Assembly (NCBI GenBank): GCA_026770705.1 | Contig: JANJGN010000163.1 | Location: 744,001-808,000 of the forward strand | Reading direction: 5' to 3' | Source: Isurus oxyrinchus | Lineage: Eukaryota | DNA: 64,000 nucleotides | Shown here: one piece after another, positions 56,391 to 64,000 of the stretch | Numbering within the stretch: position 1 is the stretch's first letter | How the letters are laid out: the number at the start of each line of letters is the position of its first letter | The notes under the pieces: generated by a model | Database searches by the model: none | What the model saw: the letters and a program-made list of their open reading frames with translations, nothing else | What the model was told of the DNA's origin: nothing | Made by a program: the position numbers and the translations under genes

Positions 56391-57266
56391 AGATATCAAA
56401 CTTGGGATGTCAACCTGGAATTGACAGTCTAATTAGATATCAAACTTGGGATGTCAACCTGGAATTGACAATCTAATTAGATATGAAACTTGGGATGTCA
56501 ACCTGGAATTGACAATCTAATTAGATATCAAACTTGGGATGTCAACCTGGAATTGACAATCTAATTAGATATCAGACTTGGGATGTCAACCTGGAATTGA
56601 CAATCTAATTAGATATCAGACTTGGGATGTCAACCTGGAATTGACAATCTAATTAGATATCACACTTGGGATGTCAACCTGGAATTGACAATCTAATCAG
56701 ATATCAGACTTGGGATGTCAACCTGGAATTGACAATCTAATTAGATATTAGACTTGGGATGTCAACCTGGAATTGACAATCTAATTAGATATCAAACTTG
56801 GGATGTCAACCTGGAATTGACAATCTAATTAGATATCAGATTTGGGATGTCAACCTGGAATTGACAATCTAATTAGATATCAGATTTGGGATGTCAACCT
56901 GGAATTGACAATCTAATTAGATATCAGACTTGGGATGTCAACCTGGAATTGACAATCTAATTATATATCAGACTTGGGATGTCAACCTGGAATTGACAAT
57001 CTAATTAGATATCAGATTTGGGATGTCAACCTGGAATTGACAATCTAATTAGATATCACACTTGGGATGTCAACCTGGAATTGACAATCTAATTAGATAT
57101 CAGACTTGGGATGTCAACCTGGAATTGACAATCTAATTAGATATCAGACTTGGGATGTCAACCTAGAATTGACAATCTAATTAGATATCAGACTTGGGAT
57201 GTCAACCTAGAATTGACAATCTAATTAGATATCAGACTTGGGATGTCAACCTGGAATTGACAATCT
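56391..57266. repeat. 44-bp minisatellite, 20 units (last one 40 bp)
   Basis: Unit AGATATCAGACTTGGGATGTCAACCTGGAATTGACAATCTAATT. The 20th unit starts at 57227 = 56391+19x44, so there are no indels. Confidence 0.98.
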
Positions 57267-57495
57267 GACGATGACTATGAATCCAATATCGATTGTCGTA
57301 AAACCCCATCTGCCTCACCAATGTCCCTTGAGGGAGGGAAATCTGCTGTCCTTATCCCGGTCTGGCCTACATGTGACTCCAGACCCACAGCAATGTTGTT
57401 AACTGTTAGAAACGCTCTCTGAACAAGGGCGGTTATGGATGGCTAAGAAATGCTGGCCTAGCCAGTGACGCCCACATCCCATGAATGAATAGCAA
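57250..57495 (+). mobile_element. 5'-truncated SINE of a type common in sharks
   Basis: Body ...GGAAATCTGCTGTCCTTATCCCGGTCTGGCCTACATGTGACTCCAGACCCACAGCAATG... and tail AAATGCTGGCCTAGCCAGTGACGCCCACATCCCATGAATGAAT. Recognised from memory of chondrichthyan SINEs; the family name is not established. Confidence 0.75.
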
Positions 57496-57504
57496 AAGAA
57501 ATAC

Positions 57505-58080
57505 TCACTGGCCACGCCAGCAGCTGCTGTTCATTCCTGGTCGCCACTGGGGAGGGCGGGCTCGGGTTCCGCTTCTAGGTGGTAGGGACCGTGCGATTCG
57601 CAAGTGTGACTGAAGGAGCCTTGGTGGATTGTTTCTATGCATCTTGTATATTGTAGTGACTGTGTCCGTGTGTTGAATGTTGAAGGCGGCGGGTGCACTC
57701 ACCATCCTGTTGGTCCGCTTTATCCTTCATTGCGCAGAGCTCCTGGAGAATAATTGGGATCTGCACTTATCGGTGCAAATGGAGTGTGAGCCATCACAGT
57801 GATGCCTTTTGTCTTGTAGTTGGAGGACAGGCTTTTTGAGTGCAGAATCCCCAGGCCCTGACCTGCTCCTGTAGCAGCAGCATTTACACGGATAGGCCAG
57901 TCCAGTTTCTGGTGAACGGTAACCCCTAGGGCGTTAGTGGCAGGGTTTAACTGATGTTCCTGTTGTTGAATATCTAGGTGCAATGGTTAGATTCTGTCTG
58001 TTGCAGACCATGGCCCATTGCCTGGGACATGTGTGTGCATGTGTCACCAGGCCAGGAAATGTCCATTGTCCTACCGGTGC
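57505..58080 (-). mobile_element. Decayed non-LTR retrotransposon (CR1/L2-group) ORF2 C-terminal fragment
   Basis: Minus-strand peptides LGVTVHQKLDWPIRVNAAATGAGQGLGIL..SLSSNYKTK and TIYKMHRNNPPRLLQSHL resemble the post-RT 'LGV.ID.KL.W..HIN' region. The fragment is frameshifted. Confidence 0.75.
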
Positions 58081-58434
58081 CGTGTTTGGGGGAAGGTTTG
58101 ATGCATCTTCCTGGATGAAGAGGCAGGTGTGGTTTTGCCTTGTGCTGTTGTAGGAAGCAATTCAGTCAGTTAAAAGCTAAATGCGGCGGATGCTGGAAAC
58201 CTGAAACATGCTTTTCCAGCTGGTCCACCGACCTCGGGTACTGAGGCCAATTGCATGGCTGTCGTGCTGCTACAATAGAATTGGAGGGACCCTGAGGGTC
58301 CAGGAATTACAGCGCTGTAGCTTCAGCCAGTTGAGAGCGCACCGTGAGGTTTGACAGGGGAGTTTCTCACTGTCCTTATTCTGGCTGTGCTTATATGATC
58401 CGTTCTCTCTCTCATCTTTTCCTTTCCTCCTCAG

Positions 58435-58735
58435 ACACTTGCAGGAGCGCCTCCTTACCCAGTGTGGGGTCCGGCTGTCTGTTGTACAGGGGCAGACGGC
58501 GGAGATGCACTGTTACCAGAACGACACTGATCATGTCAACATGTCCTGGTACCGTCAGCACCCCGGGGCAGGGCTGCAGCTCATGGTCACCTCGGTGGGT
58601 ACCTCAGAGCCCAGGCCTGAAGAGGGGTTCAAGGAGAGTTTTGAAGTGACGAGACACAACACCAAGTGGTGCAGCCTGAAAATACTGAGCGTGGAGCTGA
58701 CTGACCCTGCGGTTAGTTCCTGCGCTGCTGGTGAA
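58435..58735 (+). pseudogene. TRBV: TCR beta V exon V3, pseudogene (same family as V4)
   Basis: Acceptor tcctcAG at 58433-34. A 1-nt deletion near 58455 relative to V4 (AGCGCC-TCCTT vs AGCGCCCTGGTT) shifts the frame. The body reads ...AEMHCYQNDTDHVNMSWYRQHPGAGLQLMV...CSLKILSVELTDPAVSSCAAGE, with YYC mutated to SSC. Confidence 0.9.
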
Positions 58736-58775
58736 CACAGGGAATGAGAGCTGCTCCCGGGCTGGATCAGGAACA
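58736..58775 (+). other. Degenerate RSS of V3
   Basis: Heptamer CACAGGG. The best nonamer-like match is TCAGGAACA after 24 nt (V4 has TCAAAAACA after 23). Confidence 0.65.
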
Positions 58776-59309
58776 GACTCACCTCTGGTCCTGTCAGACT
58801 CAAGTACAGGAAACTCCAGTCAGCTGCACTGGTAAAAGTCACCAGATCATTGATGAAGGGTGTCCGAGTTCCCACAAGATTGTGACTGGCTAGAACAATG
58901 TCTCAGCTTCTCAACAGTTCGGAACCCCAAACTCAGCACCTCCCAGAGCGGAGGGAATTAGCTCGAGTGAAAGGTGAAGGTTAACACGGGGACAGTGTTC
59001 AGTTCAAACTGCTTCATATCCCTTCTCAGTAATTCCATTCCCTCAAAGCGACAGGGAAATAATGTTCCATTCAAATCTCTTCTCAAAGTTCCCGCTGTAT
59101 CTGCTTCCTGTAACCTCTTAATAACACAATCAGTTAGAATTAAAAATCACCTGAATCTCCCCTGTCGGCCGTTTATGAATCCACTTTAATCGGCGACCCC
59201 CGTTCCCTTAGATTATTGTCAAGGGGAAACGCTTCAGTCCCAAATCTAACCATGGCCCTAATGTGGAACATATCTATCAGATCGGCACTCAGCTTGATCT
59301 GGCTGAATA

Positions 59310-59349
59310 ATGGCTGTCCGTGTTTCCTCGCTGCTACTTATACTGTCGG
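59310..59349 (+). other. Candidate orphan or alternative leader exon
   Basis: ATG...MAVRVSSLLLILS plus 1 nt, then the donor G|GTAAGA in phase 1, as expected for Ig/TCR L exons. It has no V exon of its own. Confidence 0.5.
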
Positions 59350-59750
59350 GTAAGAGCAATAGCTTGTTATGGGACGTCAAAGTCAGTTCCCTGTGCAGAG
59401 AGCCTGAGCTGCCGAGTGGAGACATTAGACCAACTCGAGAGGATTGGACAGGGTTTCCACATGAACTATCTCTCCACAGGCCACATGCGGCCAACTGGTT
59501 CCAATCTTTGCAACCAATCATCTGTAACACAATGCACATTGCCAGGCAGCCTGACCACCTGTATTGTTAACCCCACCCAGTGACCAGGCAGGAAAGAGTC
59601 ATCTGCCTTGTTTGGAGGGACAATGGGGGAGGGGGTTTTCTCTGGACCTCCATGATATGCAGCCACTTCCACAGCCAAGCGAAAGGCGGGGCGACATTCA
59701 ACAACCGAGGCAGGACCTTCCTAGGGCGCTTTGACTGGAACATTCCTTCC

Positions 59751-59815
59751 CAGTTAGGAACGGGCTATAATTGCTGGGCTGGGCCAGTGAAGGCCACATC
59801 CCGGGAACAAATAAG
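59751..59815 (+). mobile_element. Degraded SINE/LINE 3' tail
   Basis: gttaggaacgggctataattgctgggctgggccagtgaaggccacatccc aligns by eye with the tail at ~57432-57490. Confidence 0.55.
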
Positions 59816-59964
59816 GAAACAAAAGCCCCTGAGTAAATTCCGGCCATGGATCCAATTTCCACATGGCAGTCAGAGCTGGATATTCATCCTTCTCACCTGG
59901 CCGGCTACGGAAGGGCCACCTGCTGTGCTTTGGTCAGCAAGGACCTGTCCTGTTGAGTGAGCTT

Positions 59965-60018
59965 CCAATGACATCACTTCCGCACGCAGCCATATCACGA
60001 GGCGCAGCGGCAGTATAA
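59965..60018 (+). promoter_or_regulatory. V4 promoter: CRE-like TRBV decamer overlapping an ETS site, plus CCAAT and a TATA-like element
   Basis: TGACATCACT at 59969-78 (= AGTGATGTCA on the minus strand), CACTTCCG at 59975-82, CCAAT at 59965-69 and TATAA at 60014-18. The decamer is ~100 bp upstream of the leader ATG. Confidence 0.75.
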
Positions 60019-60079
60019 CTCCAGTCTGTGAAAGCGGGCGAAGCTGCGAGTTTGAGAGAGCGTGTGAAAGTCCCGCATC

Positions 60080-60128
60080 ATGGGCTGGACAGTGAATCTC
60101 TCTGCACTGTTGCTGCTGCTGCTACCAG
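60080..60128 (+). CDS. TRBV: V4 leader exon
   Basis: MGWTVNLSALLLLLLP + G, then donor CAG|GTTACA. It is 49 nt, phase 1, and joins 60708 in frame. Confidence 0.85.
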
Positions 60129-60707
60129 GTTACAATGAATATTTGTAAGGGGGAATGGGCTTCCTGTTGCTGAAGCGACAATTCATTCAGTTGGATCATT
60201 TGTAGAATTGGATATTGTTGAGCTCGGTGTTGCCAGTCATAGTGCGGAAGTTGCATTCTGCCAAAGTAACTGGGAACAATAGACGGGCGGGGAATATCTG
60301 CTGGACAAAGGGTTGAGGGAAAGGGGATAGGACTACATACAAATGCAAAGCCCCTTGGCAGCCGAGCTGGGGAGGTGAGCAGCCTCACTGAGCAGGAAGA
60401 GTCCGTCTCACTGGAGAGTTAAAGTGTGTGGGGCGCGGCGAACGCGGCAGAGTTAGCGGTGTGGGGTATGGGAAGTTGCTGGGCAGGAGTATTGCACACA
60501 AATCTGCACCCAGGACAAGTATCTCCAGAGAGCGCCGCTACCACTGAGCTGGGGCGACACTGGGCACCCAGACATTATGGTTCTGTTTCTGGGTGAAGGG
60601 AGCTGAGCGACCGAGAGCTGCGCTGTGAGATTCGACAATAGCTTTCTCCACATCCTGATGGTGCCAGTTCATTTCTGATCCGCTCTGTCTCTCACCTCCC
60701 TCCTCAG

Positions 60708-61009
60708 CCTCCTGCAGGAGCGCCCTGGTTTCCCAGTGGCCGAGCCGTCTGTCCGTTAGAGAGGGGGACACGGTGGAGATGGGCTGTTACCAGAACGATA
60801 CCAGCGAGACCTACATGTACTGGTATCGGCAGCACCCCGGAGCAGGGCTGCAGCTCATGGTCACCTCGGTTACCGGTTCGAATCCCACCTATGAAGATGG
60901 TTTCAAGAAGAGGTTTAATGTGACCAGAACCGAGATTAAGTCGTGCAGCCTGAAAATACTGAGCGTGGAGCTGACTGACCCTGCGGTTTATTACTGCGCT
61001 GCGAGTGAA
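60708..61009 (+). CDS. TRBV: TCR beta V exon V4, apparently functional
   Basis: Polypyrimidine tract + AG. Reads (A)SCRSALVSQWPSRLSVREGDTVEMGCYQNDTSETYMYWYRQHPGAGLQLMVTSVTGSNPTYEDGFKKRFNVTRTEIKSCSLKILSVELTDPAVYYCAASE, with canonical C, WYRQ, RF and DxAVYYC and no stops. Confidence 0.93.
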
Positions 61010-61048
61010 CACAGAGACTCAAACAGGTGTAGATCTTGTTCAAAAACA
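61010..61048 (+). other. 23-RSS of V4
   Basis: CACAGAG + 23 nt + TCAAAAACA. Confidence 0.92.
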
Positions 61049-61393
61049 TCCCCACTCTGTTCTACTGGGAGCTAAAACCTCTGTAAACTCCAGTAAGTGG
61101 TGGTGCTGCAACCACCTGGATATTGGTGAAGATCTATGTGGTTTTTACTGCAACCTTCCCAGTGGATAAAATGTCCCAAATCCTCTCAGTCTGACCTGAA
61201 TGACAAGTCCAAACCTACCTCCCACAGCAAATCCTTTCCATAATGAAGACCAATAAAAACAAAGAGGCTGGAATAAGCGGCGGATTATACAGGGCAGCGC
61301 CCTCCCCCCGGCCTATCGCACCTATTTGAAACTGTTCTGAGGCTTCATCTCATTCCAGCAGTGCCTAATCTGTGCTTTTCCAATGTTCCCACA

Positions 61394-61433
61394 GACACTG
61401 CGGCTTGTCCCTGTGCTGCTGGTGTTCACAGGG
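61394..61433 (+). pseudogene. V-segment 3'-end relic with a lone heptamer
   Basis: gacactgcggcttgtccctgtgctgctggtgttCACAGGGa aligns without gaps to the V3 end gaccctgcggttagttcctgcgctgctggtgaaCACAGGGa. It translates as DTAACPCAAGV. There is no nonamer. Confidence 0.65.
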
Positions 61434-61730
61434 ACTCGGACATGAAACCAGGAGCCAGTCCTGATAGGGCTGCGAGCTGGTCAGCTCCAAATCTCCATGA
61501 AGAATCCATCATTAACCGCTCTCTCTCCTTTACCAAATTACCTCATTGTGAAATGGTAAAATCCAGCTGGCCAATCAAAAATAATATTAACAAATCAAAC
61601 CAGAATAATAATCACCTTCCAAATGAGATATAAGCTGGCGCGTTAACACTTCAAATAAGAAGCGCAAGTCCTTTCGGGGAGGTTTGTGTGAAGCAAATCT
61701 TCATACACAGGCTGGAGGGAAACTAGCAAC

Positions 61731-62655
61731 CTCTCTCTCTCTCTCTACACCCCCCACTCCCCCCACCATCTTCCCCCTCCCCCCTCCCCACTCCCCCCAC
61801 CCCCCACTCCCCCCTCCGCACTCACCCCACCCCCCCACCCCCCACTGCCCCCTCCCCCCACTGCCCCCAATACCCCCACCCCTTCCCCCACCCCCCAGTC
61901 CCCCCCACTGCCCCCAATAACCCCACCCACCAGTCCCCCCCACTGCCCCCAATACCCCCACCCCCTCCCCACTCCCCCCCACACCCCTCTCCCCCCCACC
62001 ATCTTCCCCCTCGCCCGAATCCCCCAATACTTCCACATCCCCCACTCCGCCCTACCCCCGCCACTCCCCCCACTCTCTCCCTCGTTCCCCCCACTGCCCC
62101 TTCCCCGCCACCCTCACTCCCCCCACCACACCCGCCACTCCGCCCACTCCTCCCCAATGCCCCCCCAACCCACCCCTCGCCCCTCCCCGCCACTCCCACT
62201 CCGCACACCCCCCACCTCTCCGCCGCTCCCCCTCCCCCAACTCCCCCCACTCCCTCCCAAACGCTGCCCCCCACTCCCCCCTACCCGCTCCCCCCCAGTC
62301 ACCCCAACCCCCCCACGGTCACTCCCCCCACTCCCTCCCCCACACCCCCCTACCCCCACTCCTCCCTCACCCCTCCCCCCACTCCCCCTCCCTGCCGCCC
62401 CCACTCACCCCACTCCCCACTGAACCCACTCCCCCCACACCCCTGCCACTCCCACTCCCCCTTCCGCCCTTCCCACTTCCCCCACCACTCCCCCACCCCA
62501 CCCACTCCCCCCACCCAGCCAGGCCACTCCCCCCACTCCCTCCCCCACTCCCCACACTAACCCCCCGGCTACTCCCCCCACTCCCTCCACCATTCCCCCC
62601 TCCCCCCACTCCCCCCTCCCCACACTCCTCCCTCCCCACACTCCTCCCTCCCACC
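61731..62655. repeat. (CT)n plus a long C-rich low-complexity tract
   Basis: ~900 bp of CCCCCA/CCCACT-type motifs. Confidence 0.95.
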
Positions 62656-62783
62656 AAACAAACCCCGTTCAGTCTTGGGGAACATTCAAACATCAATGAT
62701 GTGAGTGATTCAGTGTTTCAGGTGAGGATATGGGTGTGTGGGAAATGGTTTGTGGCCGTGTCGGGTCAACCCTCTGTCCAGCA

Positions 62784-64000
62784 TCACCCGGTGTGGCTCA
62801 AGAGCCCAGACCCTGGCTTCTCCACCTCCGCTGCCGTTTGCGGACAATGAAGGCAGTGAGTGCGGAATGTGAACCATTCACTGTGGCCTCCGTCTCTCCT
62901 CAGTCCCCTCCACAGATGGAGGAACTTTCTGTTTCTGCACACAATGTGGAACCGAGAGGGCAGAGAGAGAGAAAGGAGGGATCCATGGGCGAGGGACAAA
63001 TCCACTGGGGAGAGATGGACTAAGAGAACCCAAACAGTCCCACCTCCACAGGCCAGAGACAACCTGAGCTAAGAGAACCCAAACAGTCCCATCCCCACAG
63101 GCCAGAGACAACCTGAGCTAAGAGAACCCACACAGTCCCATCCCCACAGGCCAGAGACAACCTGAGCTAAGAGAACCCAAACAGTCCCATCCCCACAGGC
63201 CAGAGACAACCTGAGCTAAGAGAACCCAAACAGTCCCATCCCCACAGGCCAGAGACCATCGTCCTGTTTGCAACGTCCACTCCCTCCAGCTTCAGGTCTG
63301 CCTTTGCAAGTGTCTTCGTAACAGAGGTGTGAATGGCCAAGATGTGGTGACCCAGTGGCCAACTGACTGTGCAGGAGGGGCGTTGAGTGTACAACCACCT
63401 CCCCATCCAGTGAACGTGGAGGGGCTTGCCCAGGGTATCCATGGATTAGTAATGAGTGTGCGCTGATGGAAGTGGCTGACATGGTGACCTTGCCCCTGGT
63501 GAGAGATACTGAGGAGACGCCTGAGAGAGCCTGTCCTCCTGCCTAGCCCATGGTGCTCAGGTCTCACTGTGTAGATTGGAGCACGCCTGCCAATGCGGCT
63601 TTGACAAAGTTCTTGGTAAGGTTGATGTTACCTCACAATATCTTACACTGTTTCATCACAGTCAGAGCTTGTGCAGTGTGTGTGCTGGTTTGGACATGAA
63701 GTGACAGATTGCTGGTGATAGTGGAGCCTAGGTATGAGGAGCTATCAATGGTGGCATGTCAACTTCATAGGCCAGGACATGTTTCTTCCTGTTGCTGATA
63801 GACAAGCAGAATTATTTACAGGTGTGAGCTGCTCTGCCTGTATCGCGCTGCTGCTGTTCCTCAGTATGGATTGTAAGTGCGGGATGTCAGCCGTGAGTAA
63901 CTCACTGCTGAGGGCTTGGTGCCATGGATCTCAGAGCAACACATGTTTTCCCATCTGTTCTGATCGGTAAGTAGTTCCCCCATCTGTAGGTGACCTGTCA
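62784..64000 (-). mobile_element. Decayed RTE-clade LINE, 3' portion
   Basis: Minus-strand remnants in the expected order: ELLTAD (LLFADD-like), LSISNRK, LGSTITSNLSL, LRRLLSIS, LLHSQLATGSPHLGHSHLCYEDTCK (LLYGEL..G.R..GRP..R.KD-like) and a terminal GLLSHT. It has many frameshifts. Confidence 0.8.
63020..63256. repeat. 49-bp minisatellite, ~4.8 units, inside the RTE-like element
   Basis: Unit CTAAGAGAACCCAAACAGTCCCATCCCCACAGGCCAGAGACAACCTGAG at 63020, 63069, 63118, 63167 and 63216. Confidence 0.97.

Noticed and set aside
56391-57266. CRISPR-like array with palindromic repeats, and TTGACA resembling a bacterial -35 box
   Set aside because: The units are head-to-tail with no unique spacers, there are no cas genes, and the context is vertebrate.
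58255-58278. ATGGCTGTCGTGCTGCTAC, similar to the start of the 59310 leader candidate, as the V3 leader
   Set aside because: It hits TAG after 7 codons, has no donor, and the match is too short to exclude chance.
52620-61048. Assignment as IgH, IgL, IgNAR or NAR-TCR V segments
   Set aside because: There is no octamer promoter and no adjacent D/J/C cluster. The 23-RSS, the CAAS end and the CRE decamer fit TRBV better, although V1/V2 are less certain without a database search.

Overview
Vertebrate genomic DNA, most likely from a cartilaginous fish (judged from the V-segment type and repeat families). It appears to be part of a T-cell receptor beta (TRB) V-segment cluster. Positions 1-52189 are one 22-bp satellite array (~2370 units, open at the left edge) built from two main variants, CCATGTGTCACTACTGGACACT and CCATGTGTCACTACTGAACTCT, with kb-scale internal duplications. 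All ORFs called there are repeat artefacts. The last 12 kb contain four + strand V exons, each followed by a 23-bp-spacer RSS (degenerate in V3). V1 (stop codon) and V2 (open but atypical) are a tandemly duplicated, apparently leaderless pair abutting the satellite. V3 is a frameshifted pseudogene. V4 looks intact, with a promoter decamer, leader exon, intron, V exon and RSS. The region also has an orphan leader exon, a short V 3'-end relic, 44-bp and 49-bp minisatellites, C-rich tracts, and decayed SINE, CR1/L2-like and RTE-like retroelements. There is no CRISPR array and no prokaryotic gene.
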